From the NCBI GenBank assembly GCA_964250215.1, contig CAXUEX010000001.1:12015-74897 (forward strand): a DNA stretch of 62,883 nt, read 5' to 3'. Below are positions 51,613 to 61,186 of the stretch, piece after piece. Origin of the DNA: an uncultured Acetobacteraceae bacterium (GTDB lineage: Bacteria; Pseudomonadota; Alphaproteobacteria; Acetobacterales; Acetobacteraceae). Positions within the stretch are counted from its first letter, which is position 1. Each line of letters begins with the position of its first letter. The translations under genes and the position numbers were made by a program. Under the pieces are notes generated by a model that had not been told where the DNA came from, searched no databases, and saw only the letters and a program-made list of their open reading frames with translations.

Positions 51613-52530
51613 ATGATTCCATCTCCCGTCGTTGTGCTCGGCATGCACCGCAGCGGCACGTCGCTCTGTGCCAATCTGCTGCATCGGCTGGGCATCGAGA
51701 TGGCGGAGGCGCCGGGGGCTTCGCCGGCGAACCAGCGCGGGCATTGGGAGCGCCCGCGGATCAACGATTTGAACGACCGTGTGCTGGCGTTGTTCGGCCG
51801 GGGCTGGGACGAAACAGCGCATATCCTGGCTTTGCCCGAAGGCTGGATGGACGATGCGCGGGTGCGAGAGGTGCAGGCGGAGCTTGCGGCGTGGCTGGCG
51901 CCGCGACTGCGGGCCGGCCGGCCGTTCGGCCTGAAGGATCCGCGCACAGCGCGGCTGATGCCGATGTGGCGGGCGCTGTTTCGAGATCTGGGTGCCATGC
52001 CGCGCTTCGTCTATTGCGTGCGCGATCCGGCGCAGGTGGCGCGATCGGTAGCGGCGCGGGACCGGATGGCGCGCGAGCAGGCAGAATACCGCTGGGCGAT
52101 CTACAATGCCGACGCCATCGGGGGCGTGGGCAACGACACCGTGTGTATCGTGCCCTACGAAGCCTGGTTCGCCGCGCCGGAGGAGACCGCGGCGAGACTG
52201 GCCGAATTCGCCGGCGTGTGTGATCGCGCACCCGCTCGGCTCGCCGCAATCGTGAACGACACAGTAAGTGCGGAACTACGGCACGACGGCGGGGCCCCCG
52301 TCCCGCGTGCGGCATCCCGCCGGCTGCATCGCGGCATTCTCCGCTGCGTGACGGCAGGGCAGTTCGACCCCGATCTGCGCGCCTTCGCCGCGGCCTTGAG
52401 CGAATTCACGCAATTGGTGCAGCCGATGCTCGTGGGCACCGAAATCCTGCGCACGAGCCTCACCCACCAGAACCGCGTAATCGCCGACCTGAACGCGCTG
52501 GTAACAACCCTCCGCCAAGAAGCCGCTTAA
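51613..52530 (+). CDS. sulfotransferase family protein
   Basis: N-terminal VVVLGMHRSGTSLCANLL (PAPS 5'-phosphosulfate-binding loop type) and a RxxR...S-like region further on. The C-terminal ~60 aa are helical. Confidence 0.65.
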   Translation: MIPSPVVVLGMHRSGTSLCANLLHRLGIEMAEAPGASPANQRGHWERPRINDLNDRVLALFGRGWDETAHILALPEGWMDDARVREVQAELAAWLAPRLRAGRPFGLKDPRTARLMPMWRALFRDLGAMPRFVYCVRDPAQVARSVAARDRMAREQAEYRWAIYNADAIGGVGNDTVCIVPYEAWFAAPEETAARLAEFAGVCDRAPARLAAIVNDTVSAELRHDGGAPVPRAASRRLHRGILRCVTAGQFDPDLRAFAAALSEFTQLVQPMLVGTEILRTSLTHQNRVIADLNALVTTLRQEAA

Positions 52531-52534
52531 AATG

Positions 52535-52571
52535 ATGAAAGTTCTTTGCTTCTTTCTTTCAAGAAAGAAGC
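52535..52571. repeat. AT-rich palindromic repeat, copy B
   Basis: ATGAAAGTTCTTTGCTTCTTTCTTTCAAGAAAGAAGC lies between the convergent stops at 52530 and 52588. Confidence 0.65.
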
Positions 52572-52587
52572 TCTTCCGTTCCTTTAC

Positions 52588-54066
52588 TTAGTAAGCGAAC
52601 GCATAAATCCGCCCATCCGCCGCCACATAAAGGTGATGGTTGGCGCTGATCAACGTCTGGAAATGGTGAAGCCCGCTCAGCGTGATCCCGCCGCCGCCGA
52701 ACACGGTCTTGCCCGTTGCGGCGTCGAAGCCGTGCAGTTGGTTATCGCCTTCCGCTCCCACCACCCACACCGTCGCCTGGTTGTGGCCGTCGGTGGTGGT
52801 GATGATGGGTGCGCCGCCGCCGTTGAAAGCCGCGCACCAAGCGGTGCTGATCGGGTTGGTTGCGCTGTTCGTGATGCTGAGCATGGTGATGCTGGTGCCG
52901 GAGCAGGAAAGCCCCGCGTTATTCGTGAACGCCGCAAGCGTAGCGCCCGGCGTATCCAGAATCGCTGGCGCGGTTTTGATTTCCGTGTTCGAAACTTTCT
53001 GCACTGCGATCTGGCCGCCGATACCGCCGAGATTGGCGCGGTTGACCAGATACGCATTACCGTCCTTGCCAAGCGCCAGTGCGCGCGGTGCGTGGCCGGT
53101 CGCGTCGGTAACGGCCAGGGGCAGTGCCTGCGTGCCGCCGAGGTCGAGATCCTGCTGGTCCAGGCTCTGCCAATTGCTCGGCGCGAAATAATCCCGCGTG
53201 TTGGCGGAATGGGCGAGGCCCGGCGCGAGCCGGACGATCGCTTCCCCATCCTGCCACGTCGTGGCGCCCTCGGTGTTGCCCGTCGTGACGTAAAGGCTCT
53301 TGCCGTCCGACACGAGTCCGCCCTGGGCCCAAATGCCGCCGCGCTCGGCTCGCGTTTGCCAGTTCGCGACAAGTTTCGCCGTATTTGGTTGAACCTGAAC
53401 CACCGTGCCGTGATAGGGGTCGCAATCGCCGTCCTTGCCGCCGTAGGCGACGTAAAGGGCGCCCTGGAAGAACATGAGGGCGCCGCGTTCACCCTGAGTT
53501 TTGGCGGTGAACGACACGCCCTGGCCGGCCAGCGCGGCGGCTACATCCAGCGGCCAATTCGGCATTGTGTAGCCGTTCACCGGCGACAACGCATACAGCA
53601 TATGCTTCGGCGTGCCGTTGCTCAGCGTTAGCGCATTCAGGAACAGCGTCTCGCTGGCCGGATCGATCACCGGCGTGCCGTCGATACCCTCAGGATCGAT
53701 ATTGCCGCAGGAAAGATCGCTCAAGGGAACCGGCGGTGGCAGTTGTGATTGCCAAACGACCGCGCCGGTATCGGCGTTCAGCCCATAGACGACGTTGGCT
53801 TCCGTCGCCACGATCAGCAGCTTCGGGCCACCCTTCCGCTCCCAGTAAAGCGGTTGCGCATAGATCTGACCGTTCAAGCTGGTGCTGAAATTCGGATCCA
53901 GGTGCAGATTGGCGGCCGCCTGCTGCGTCAGCCCCGGATCGACATAGAGCCCGTGCCGGTTGGCTTCGTTGTGATAGGTGAGCACGTTTGCGGCGGCGGC
54001 CGGCGCGGCCCCGATCAAAGAAGCCTGGGCCAGCGAACCCGCCAGCGTGATGAGCAAAGATCGCAT
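52588..54066 (-). CDS. secreted PQQ-like/BamB-like beta-propeller repeat protein
   Basis: Signal peptide. Repeated ...VVYGLNADTGAVVW..., ...LHGFDAATGKTVF... and ...LYVAADGRIYAF... blade motifs. Confidence 0.65.
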   Translation of the reverse strand: MRSLLITLAGSLAQASLIGAAPAAAANVLTYHNEANRHGLYVDPGLTQQAAANLHLDPNFSTSLNGQIYAQPLYWERKGGPKLLIVATEANVVYGLNADTGAVVWQSQLPPPVPLSDLSCGNIDPEGIDGTPVIDPASETLFLNALTLSNGTPKHMLYALSPVNGYTMPNWPLDVAAALAGQGVSFTAKTQGERGALMFFQGALYVAYGGKDGDCDPYHGTVVQVQPNTAKLVANWQTRAERGGIWAQGGLVSDGKSLYVTTGNTEGATTWQDGEAIVRLAPGLAHSANTRDYFAPSNWQSLDQQDLDLGGTQALPLAVTDATGHAPRALALGKDGNAYLVNRANLGGIGGQIAVQKVSNTEIKTAPAILDTPGATLAAFTNNAGLSCSGTSITMLSITNSATNPISTAWCAAFNGGGAPIITTTDGHNQATVWVVGAEGDNQLHGFDAATGKTVFGGGGITLSGLHHFQTLISANHHLYVAADGRIYAFAY

Positions 54067-54112
54067 GGCGTGCCCTCCCGTATGTTTGTGCCACTATAGC
54101 GGGAGCAGCGCA

Positions 54113-54742
54113 TCACAGTGGCGGCGGTTTTTCCACCCCATAGAAATGCAGAAATACCCGAACGGCGGATTTCACCACCCGTTGTATCTGCTCGTCGGTC
54201 ACATGATCGATCAAGCGCAGCCGGCGCTTCACGCAAAGTTGAGTTTGCATGAGCGCCGCAAGCTGCTCGGCCGCGAAATCCGCATCGTCCACGCGCAGCC
54301 TTCCGGCGGCGGCGTTGTGACGGATCCAGTCGGCCATGCGCTCCTTCACCCGCGCCGGTCCGGCTTCCCAGAAGGCCTGCGCCAGTTCCGGAAACTTGCC
54401 GGCCTCCGCTACCACCATGCGATACATCAGCAGCCCGGGATCGGACACCAGCATCCGCAACATGCGCTCGCCGATCCGCAGCAGGGTTTCTTCGGGCGGC
54501 GCCTCCCGATCGAGATCGTCGAACAGCACCAGGATGTTGCGGCTGCATTCGCGCTGCACGAAGGCGGCGAAAAGCTCGGCCTTGCTCGCAAAGTAGTTAT
54601 ACAGCGTGCCCTTGGAAACGCCGGCCTCGACCGCGATGCGCGACATGCTGGCGCCCTCGTAGCCATCAGCCGCGAACACGGTGGCGGCGCCATCGAGGAT
54701 CTGGCGCTCCTTTTCCGGCGGCAAGGTGTCGGCCAGGACCAT
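54113..54742 (-). CDS. TetR/AcrR family transcriptional regulator
   Basis: 209 aa. ILDGAATVFAADGYEGASMSRIAVEAGVSKGTLYNYFASKAELF HTH. The start is internal to track ORF 54113..55039. Confidence 0.9.
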   Translation of the reverse strand: MVLADTLPPEKERQILDGAATVFAADGYEGASMSRIAVEAGVSKGTLYNYFASKAELFAAFVQRECSRNILVLFDDLDREAPPEETLLRIGERMLRMLVSDPGLLMYRMVVAEAGKFPELAQAFWEAGPARVKERMADWIRHNAAAGRLRVDDADFAAEQLAALMQTQLCVKRRLRLIDHVTDEQIQRVVKSAVRVFLHFYGVEKPPPL

Positions 54743-54780
54743 GTGTTGACGATCCCGCCGAATGCCGTAGCTTGTCAACG

Positions 54781-54801
54781 CTGACCGAACCGATCGGTCA
54801 G
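54781..54801. promoter_or_regulatory. candidate TetR operator (8-bp inverted repeat)
   Basis: CTGACCGA-ACCGA-TCGGTCAG lies in the divergent TetR/OMF intergenic region. A second inverted repeat, GTTGAC-N23-GTCAAC, lies at ~54745..54779. Confidence 0.4.
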
Positions 54802-54921
54802 CGGCCGGGCACCGCGAGGCGCCGACCCACGACGGGGCCGGGCGGCTTTCGGGACTTGCCACCTTCAGGCCGTCCGGCCAATCCGCACGCGCACTGCCTT
54901 CGCGCGCCAAGGAGCCATCGC

Positions 54922-56457
54922 GTGATCCGCAAATCCGTTCTGCTCGCGCTGGCGCTTTCCGGCTGCAATGTCGGCCCTGATTGGCACGCGCCGCATTTCT
55001 TCTCGCCGGCGTCGTGGTTTGCGTCGCGGCCGAAACCACCGGCCACCGTGCTGGTGAGCGAGCCGGTGCCGGAGCCGGTGGATCCGAACTGGTGGAAGCT
55101 CTTCCACGATGCCGAACTTACTTCGCTGGAGCAGCGCGTGGCGGCGGCGAACCTGAATGTGCGCATCAACACGATCCGGCTCGCCGAAAGCCGTTCGCAG
55201 CGGCAGATCACGGGCGCTGACCAGTTCCCCACATTGCAGACCGATGGTAGCTACACGCGCGAGAAGCCGAGCCAGAAAGGCGTTCTGAGCCTGTTTTCGG
55301 CCGGTGGGGGCACCAGCTTCGGCAGCCAGGGCAGCCAGGCAAACGGCCTAACCGGGTCGCAGGGGGGCATTCCGAATTTTTCCGGCATCGGGCAGCCGTT
55401 CAATCTGTGGCAATACGGGTTCGACGCTTCCTGGGAATTGGATCTGTGGGGCCGCGTGCGCCGCGAGGTGGAGGGGGCGGATGCTTCCGTGGAAGCGTCG
55501 GCCGATGCGCGGCGCAATGCGCTGCTCTCGGTTGTGGCCGAAGTGGCGCGCGACTACCTGCAACTGCGCGGCATCCAGACGCAGTTGCGGATTGCCAACG
55601 ACAACATTGCCACCGCCCAGCAGAGCCTGGATCTGACGCGGGCGCGCTACATCGGCGGGCTGACCACCGAGCTGGATGTGGCGAACGCGGCAACCCAGCT
55701 TTCGTCGAACCAGGCGCAAGTGCCGCAACTGGAGCAGCAGGAGGCGCAGCAGATCAATGCGCTGAGTTTCCTGTTGGGCGAAGCGCCAAATGCGTTGCGC
55801 GCGGAACTGGAAACGCCGCAAGCCGTGCCGCCCGTGCCGCCGCGTGTGCCGATCGGGCTGCCATCGGAACTCGCGCGCCGGCGGCCCGATATCCGCCAGG
55901 CGGAGGCGCAACTGCACTCCGCCACAGCGGATATCGGCGTGGCTGTGGCGGATTTCTATCCGAAGATCACGCTGGATGGCTCGGTGGGCTTGCAGGCGCT
56001 GAAGTTCAAGGATCTCGGCAATTGGGCGGCGCGGCAATACGGGCTGGGGCCCACGATCACCCTGCCGATCTTCGAGGGCGGCCGGCTGCGGGCGACGCTG
56101 GAATTGCGCCGCGTGGAGCAGCAGGAAGCGGCGCTGAATTATCAGCAAACCGTGCTGCAGGCTTGGCACGACGTGGATAACGCGCTCACCGCCTATGCCG
56201 CCGAGCAGCATCGGCGCGATGCGCTGGCCAATGCGGTGAGCGAAAGCCGGCGCGCGCTCTTTCTGGCGCAGGAACGCTACCGTCAGGGCGTGGCGGATTT
56301 CCTGAATGTGCTGGATGCGGAGCGTGCGGTGTTGCAGGCGGAACAGGCGCTTGCCGATAGCACCACCACGGTCTCGCAGAATTTGGTGCAGCTCTACAAG
56401 GCGCTCGGCGGTGGGTGGGAGACGAGTTTTCCGGTGCGGGAGGTGGCAATAAAGTGA
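54922..56457 (+). CDS. RND-efflux outer membrane lipoprotein, NodT family
   Basis: GTG start with AAGGAG 7 nt upstream. Lipobox LALSGC. WWKLFHD..L..L and two OEP repeats. The C-terminus is LVQLYKALGGGW. Confidence 0.9.
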   Translation: MIRKSVLLALALSGCNVGPDWHAPHFFSPASWFASRPKPPATVLVSEPVPEPVDPNWWKLFHDAELTSLEQRVAAANLNVRINTIRLAESRSQRQITGADQFPTLQTDGSYTREKPSQKGVLSLFSAGGGTSFGSQGSQANGLTGSQGGIPNFSGIGQPFNLWQYGFDASWELDLWGRVRREVEGADASVEASADARRNALLSVVAEVARDYLQLRGIQTQLRIANDNIATAQQSLDLTRARYIGGLTTELDVANAATQLSSNQAQVPQLEQQEAQQINALSFLLGEAPNALRAELETPQAVPPVPPRVPIGLPSELARRRPDIRQAEAQLHSATADIGVAVADFYPKITLDGSVGLQALKFKDLGNWAARQYGLGPTITLPIFEGGRLRATLELRRVEQQEAALNYQQTVLQAWHDVDNALTAYAAEQHRRDALANAVSESRRALFLAQERYRQGVADFLNVLDAERAVLQAEQALADSTTTVSQNLVQLYKALGGGWETSFPVREVAIK

Positions 56458-56464
56458 GCAAGCA

Positions 56465-56501
56465 TGTTCTTTCTTGAAAGAAAGAACCAAAGAACTTTCA
56501 T
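56465..56501. repeat. AT-rich palindromic repeat, copy C (inverted orientation)
   Basis: The reverse complement reads ATGAAAGTTCTTTGGTTCTTTCTTTCAAGAAAGAACA. Lies between the convergent stops at 56457 and 56502. Confidence 0.65.
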
Positions 56502-57056
56502 TTATAGGCGGGGGAGCAGGCTGCCTACTTTGGTGCTGTAGGCGGTGTAGTCTGCGCCGAAGGCTTCTTGCATGAATTGCTCCTCGATGCCGATCTTTTG
56601 CACAAAACCCACAAGAACTAGCGCGAAGCCGGCAAGCGCCCGCCATGCATCGATTGCCAGCACATTGCCCAGCATCGCCAGCAGCAGGCCGGAATAGATC
56701 GGGTGGCGCACGATCCCGTAGGGGCCCTTGCGCACCAGCTCGTGGCCCCGCTTCAGCGTGACGGTGCCGCTCCAATTGCCGGCGATCGTGAGCCTGGCCC
56801 AGATCGCGAAGGCAAGCCCGGCCAGAACCAGCGCCGCGGCCGCCGGGGCAAACAGGGCCAGCCTGGGCAGCATCGCGGAATCCAGGACGGGCCAGCCAGT
56901 GCGCTGCACCATCAGCAGCGCACCGATCACCACGGGCGCCGTGTGCCGCGCGCGCGATGCGGCCGGTTCCCGGCGTGCGGTGGCCTTCGTGCGCAGGCTC
57001 AAGGCGATCCACAGCAGCAGCCATGAAATCCAGCAGAGGCGGATGAAGGCGATCAT
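56502..57056 (-). CDS. ICMT/PEMT-family membrane methyltransferase
   Basis: GPYGIVRHPIYSGLLLAMLG motif and multiple TM helices. ATGA overlap with the upstream GT2 gene. Confidence 0.8.
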   Translation of the reverse strand: MIAFIRLCWISWLLLWIALSLRTKATARREPAASRARHTAPVVIGALLMVQRTGWPVLDSAMLPRLALFAPAAAALVLAGLAFAIWARLTIAGNWSGTVTLKRGHELVRKGPYGIVRHPIYSGLLLAMLGNVLAIDAWRALAGFALVLVGFVQKIGIEEQFMQEAFGADYTAYSTKVGSLLPRL

Positions 57057-57991
57057 CGGCCGGACGAAAAATCCGGCGCCGGAACACCGAGATAGGCCAG
57101 CCGTTTTATCTCTCGCCGGCCGCGCGCCACACTGTCCAGGATCAGGCCGCAGGCGAGGGAGAGAAACGACAGCATCACCAGGCAGGCGGCGACAATGGCG
57201 GTGGGCAGGCGCGGCACCAGGCCGGTCGCCAGGAATTGCAGCACCACGGGAATGCCGAACGCGACGCCGGCCAGGAACAGCAGCGCGCCGACGAGCGAGA
57301 AGAACGGGATCGGCCGTTCATCCTTCACCAGCAGCAGGATCAGCCGCAGGATGCGCGCGCCGTCCCGGAACGTGCGCAGCTTGCTCGCCGAACCTTCCTG
57401 GCGTTCGCGATAGCGGCAGCGCACCTCGCCCACCGGCATCCGGAGCTGCAGCGCGTGCACCGTGAATTCCGTCTCGGTTTCAAAACCGCCGGCGAGCGCG
57501 GGGAAGGATTTCACGAAGCGCCGGGAAAACACGCGGTAGCCGGAAAGCATGTCGCTGACCTCGGCGCCGAACAGGCGCGCGACCAGCCCCGTGAGCAACC
57601 GGTTGCCGAACACATGGCCGCGCCGGTAGGCGGCACTCGCCTCGCCCTCGCGGCAGCCGGTTACCATATCCAGCCGGCGCCGGATCGCCAATTCCAGCAT
57701 GGCGGGCGCGGCGGACGCATCGTAGGTGCCGTCTCCATCCACCAGAACATAGTAATCGGCCTCGATATCCGCGAACATCCGGCGCACCACGTGGCCTTTG
57801 CCCTGCAGCGCTTCGTGGCCCACCTCGGCGCCGGCCGCGCGGGCGTGCACGACGGTGTCGTCGGTGGAGTTGTTGTCATAGGCATGGATTATTGCCTGCG
57901 GCAGCGCCTTTTGGAAATCGGCGACCACGCTGGCGATGGCCACCGCTTCGTTGTGGCAGGGCACCAGAACCGCGATGCGGGGCACGCTCAT
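57053..57991 (-). CDS. GT2 polyprenyl-phosphate glycosyltransferase (GtrB/ArnC/DPM1-like)
   Basis: IAVLVPCHNEAVAI, YDNNSTDDT and YYVLVDGDGTYD (DxD), with two C-terminal TM helices. Start at Met59 of the track ORF, forming ATGA with the GtrA stop. Confidence 0.9.
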   Translation of the reverse strand: MSVPRIAVLVPCHNEAVAIASVVADFQKALPQAIIHAYDNNSTDDTVVHARAAGAEVGHEALQGKGHVVRRMFADIEADYYVLVDGDGTYDASAAPAMLELAIRRRLDMVTGCREGEASAAYRRGHVFGNRLLTGLVARLFGAEVSDMLSGYRVFSRRFVKSFPALAGGFETETEFTVHALQLRMPVGEVRCRYRERQEGSASKLRTFRDGARILRLILLLVKDERPIPFFSLVGALLFLAGVAFGIPVVLQFLATGLVPRLPTAIVAACLVMLSFLSLACGLILDSVARGRREIKRLAYLGVPAPDFSSGR

Positions 57992-58446
57992 CGGAACACC
58001 ACCCGGCGGGTGAGAAAGAAATTCACGAACATGCCGGCCACCGCCCCGGCCGCCACCGGCAGCACCAGATGCGCGCGGCAGGCCGGCACGGTGGCCACCA
58101 GCAGAAAATAGGTGCCGCGGTTGAGCACGAAGCCGAATATATTGGCGAGGAAGAACCGGGCCCATTGCCGGTGCGGCGCATCATGCGCGTGCCCGCGATA
58201 GGTCCATGCACGGTTCAAGCTCCAGTTGATGCTGATGACGATGACGTAGGAGAGCAGCCCGGCGGCGTATGGGCCGATCCAGGGCGCGGTGGCGTACACG
58301 ATCGAGCTGTCGCAGACGAAGCCGAACACGCCGATGGTGGCGAATTGCGCGAACTGGCGCAGCAGCAGGCGGTTGTTCTCGGCGGCGAGAAGATTCCGAA
58401 GGTGCAAGACAAGGCTGCCGGGCCGGTGCGGTGGTGCGGCGCTCAT
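57988..58446 (-). CDS. GtrA-family membrane protein
   Basis: 152 aa with four TM helices. LLRQFAQFATIGVFGFVCDSSIVY and WTYRGH... are typical of GtrA-like proteins. Confidence 0.85.
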   Translation of the reverse strand: MSAAPPHRPGSLVLHLRNLLAAENNRLLLRQFAQFATIGVFGFVCDSSIVYATAPWIGPYAAGLLSYVIVISINWSLNRAWTYRGHAHDAPHRQWARFFLANIFGFVLNRGTYFLLVATVPACRAHLVLPVAAGAVAGMFVNFFLTRRVVFR

Positions 58447-60011
58447 GGCGAGAGTTCACTTTGGCTCGGAGGCGGTGGACTTGGCGGGCCGGGGGGAGAG
58501 CGCGGCCGCGCGGCCGGCCGATTGGGAGAAGTTGGCGACCTTGTTTTGAGAGCTCGCCAAGAACGAGGGCCTTCAAAGCGGGGCCAGATATAGATAATAG
58601 AAAGCAACAGTCCGGCGATTGCCGACCAGCTGCCCGTCTTGGCCATACGTTTGCGCCAAACCTCGCCGGTCGGCCGGTCCGCTTGCTGTAGGCTCGCCGG
58701 GAGAATTTGCGCTCTGGTAGCCTGCCGCAGCAAGAGCCCGAGCGCCTCGGCGGAAGGGTAGGGCAGGCTGGCACCTGGGCGGCGCAGAGCCGCCATGTCC
58801 CCGGTCCGCAAGTAGCTTGCTACGCTGGCCGAGGCCATTGCGTCGAAGTGCCGCTTGTTGGCGATGCCGGCCGCCAGATCGGGCACCCGGTGCAGCAGCG
58901 CGAACATCAGTACGCCTGCCCAGCCGAGCGCAAACGCCACCGTCGGCGCGGTGTTCGAATGCAGCTTCATGAGCCGGAGCAGGCAGGCCAAGTTCAACAG
59001 CGGCTCCAGCACCAGGAACACCGTGTAGCGGGATTCGACGGGCGCGGGGGCCCGGCCGTAGCCGAGCGCCGCAGCTACTGCGCCGCACCAAAGCGCTAAG
59101 CCCACCACCGTCCAAAAGCAGCCATCCCGCAGCGCGGGTTGCGGGGCAGTCCGGCCGACATACACGAGCACCGGCAACCAGCCGAGCGGCGGCCAGCTTG
59201 GTGGCAAAGGCCAAGTCAGGACCACGCGGGCGGCGTGCAGGAAATCGGCCGCGGAACGTGCCTTCAGGCCGACATTCGCGGGTGCCGCGGGGGTTGTGAT
59301 CAACAGCAGCGCGATCAGCACAACCAGCAAACTCAATGCCGCGAAGCCGCGGACCGGCGTGCGGCCGCGTAGATCGCGCAAAGCGATCACTCCGGCTGCC
59401 GATGCCAGTGTCGTGGCAGCGCCCGCGAAGCACAGCACGCCCAACGCGGCACACAGCACCCCCACCCAGAAGCCGCCTCGATCGGGCGTGTTCCGGCCGA
59501 TCAACGCCAACGCCGCCGCAGCCAATAGCAACGTGAGATAGAGCTGGGAACAGAAACCCCAAGAAGCCGCCTGCCAATCAAACGGGATTGCGAACAACGC
59601 GCTACCCCCGGCCAGCAGCAACAATCGCCGGGACGAGTCGAGCCCCCGGGCAAGCTCGCGCAGCAGCAGCGCCGCGCCCGCGCTGATCATCAGTTGGTTG
59701 AGCAGGATTTCCGTCAGCACATGCCATTCCCGGCCACGCGCCAGGAACAGCCCGAGGTCGATCAGCCGCGTCGCGACAATGCGGTGTTCGTTGTGCGGCG
59801 CAAACAGGTCGGCGGCACGCAATCTGCCATCAGAGAAGGGCAGCAGCAGATTTTGCAGGTCTGCATACCATTCGTCCCAGAACGGAATGTCCGTTGCACA
59901 AGCGGCCACTACGTGCAGTCGCGCTCCCAGGATCACCAGAAAGCTGGCGGCATAAACGAAGGCAAATGGCCGGCGCGTTGCGGCGCGCATGCGGATCGGG
60001 GCCGACCGCAC
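58443..60011 (-). CDS. large polytopic membrane protein (candidate GT-C-type glycosyltransferase), Pro-rich C-terminal tail
   Basis: 522 aa with >10 hydrophobic segments. Early loop TDIPFWDEWYAD. Sits directly upstream of GtrA/GT2 (ATGA overlap). No family recognised by eye. Confidence 0.55.
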   Translation of the reverse strand: MRSAPIRMRAATRRPFAFVYAASFLVILGARLHVVAACATDIPFWDEWYADLQNLLLPFSDGRLRAADLFAPHNEHRIVATRLIDLGLFLARGREWHVLTEILLNQLMISAGAALLLRELARGLDSSRRLLLLAGGSALFAIPFDWQAASWGFCSQLYLTLLLAAAALALIGRNTPDRGGFWVGVLCAALGVLCFAGAATTLASAAGVIALRDLRGRTPVRGFAALSLLVVLIALLLITTPAAPANVGLKARSAADFLHAARVVLTWPLPPSWPPLGWLPVLVYVGRTAPQPALRDGCFWTVVGLALWCGAVAAALGYGRAPAPVESRYTVFLVLEPLLNLACLLRLMKLHSNTAPTVAFALGWAGVLMFALLHRVPDLAAGIANKRHFDAMASASVASYLRTGDMAALRRPGASLPYPSAEALGLLLRQATRAQILPASLQQADRPTGEVWRKRMAKTGSWSAIAGLLLSIIYIWPRFEGPRSWRALKTRSPTSPNRPAARPRSPPGPPSPPPPSQSELSP

Positions 60012-60013
60012 GA

Positions 60014-61186
60014 TCAGGCCGCGGAGTGCATGTGGGCTTCCGGTTTTGTGTCTGCCGCGCGCGGGTCGGGCTCCGGCCCCACCGCAAGGCCGCGCGCCGC
60101 GGCAAGGCCCCGCGCTCGAAACGGCAGCTCCAGGCAGCGATAGTTCAGTTCACTCAGCACGGCCAGAAGGGTGGCGGCGATAAGCAGCAGCAGCGGCCCG
60201 TCCCCGCGCCTTTCATGCGGCGAAATGTGGCGCCAGATCTCCCGCGCCAAGTAGAAGGCCGGGATGTGGATAAGATATATTGCGTAGGAACGCGTGCCGA
60301 CCCAAAGGATGACGCGCTTTATGCCGCAGTCGGGGCACAGATAGTCGCGGTTGTAGGAGGCGATGAATACCAGCGCCACCGAGAGCAGCGCGATCACGTC
60401 GATTTTGGAGAGGTTGATGTGTTCGCGAATCGGGGCCAGCGACGCAATCATGCCCAACAGCAGCAGCAGCACGACAAGGCGCGCCGGCCAGAAACGGCGC
60501 AGAAACACCGGCTCGGCCACCACGTAGGCTGGCGTCTCGCTGAAAAGCGCCAGCAGGACGCCGAGCAGGATGGCGTGCACCCGGAACATCATCAGCCATG
60601 GCGTTTCTGGCCGCAAGAAAACGAAGGCGAGCCCGAGCCCGAGCACAATCGGCAGCCGCTTGCCGGCAAGAAAGGCCGCGATCGGCAATGCAAAATAGAA
60701 TTGCTCCTCCAGCGACAGGCTCCAGTATGGCGCGGTCGGCCCGTAAGCATAGTTCTGGAAAGCGTCGGCCTCGCGCACGTTGGCAAGGCTCAGCATCGCC
60801 GCTATCGTCGATTCGAAATTTGTGTGGAACGTTGCGAACAAGCCGGTGCGGTTGAGGAATACTGACGCGAACAGCACGAACGCAAGCCAGAACCAAGCCG
60901 ACGGCAGCAACCGGAACGCACGCCGGACCCAGAAGATGATTACCGCGCGGAAGAACGCCGTATGGTCCGGCACGGCGCGCAAGGTGGGGATGAGCGTGCG
61001 CGCGATGACGAAGCCGGAGATTGCGAAGAACAGGTCCACGCCCGGCCAGAAATCGAAATAATACGTGACGATGTGGTCCCAGGTCGGCACCGTCCACGAG
61101 ATCAGATTGTCGCGCGCGTGATAGATCAGCACGCCCAATACGGCGATGCCCCGCAGGAACTCGATGTCCTTGATCCTGTGGCCCAT
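60014..61186 (-). CDS. acyltransferase family 3 (OafA/YrhL-like) membrane protein
   Basis: IKDIEFLRGIAVLGVLIYHA N-terminus, ~10 TM helices and SYAIYLIHIP motif. Start at Met18 of the track ORF. Confidence 0.85.
   Translation of the reverse strand: MGHRIKDIEFLRGIAVLGVLIYHARDNLISWTVPTWDHIVTYYFDFWPGVDLFFAISGFVIARTLIPTLRAVPDHTAFFRAVIIFWVRRAFRLLPSAWFWLAFVLFASVFLNRTGLFATFHTNFESTIAAMLSLANVREADAFQNYAYGPTAPYWSLSLEEQFYFALPIAAFLAGKRLPIVLGLGLAFVFLRPETPWLMMFRVHAILLGVLLALFSETPAYVVAEPVFLRRFWPARLVVLLLLLGMIASLAPIREHINLSKIDVIALLSVALVFIASYNRDYLCPDCGIKRVILWVGTRSYAIYLIHIPAFYLAREIWRHISPHERRGDGPLLLLIAATLLAVLSELNYRCLELPFRARGLAAARGLAVGPEPDPRAADTKPEAHMHSAA

Noticed and set aside
55348-57087. 579-aa minus-strand ORF
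   Set aside because: It runs antisense through the NodT channel gene, across the intergenic repeat and into the ICMT gene in a wrong frame. It has a low-complexity Arg/Pro/Leu-rich composition.
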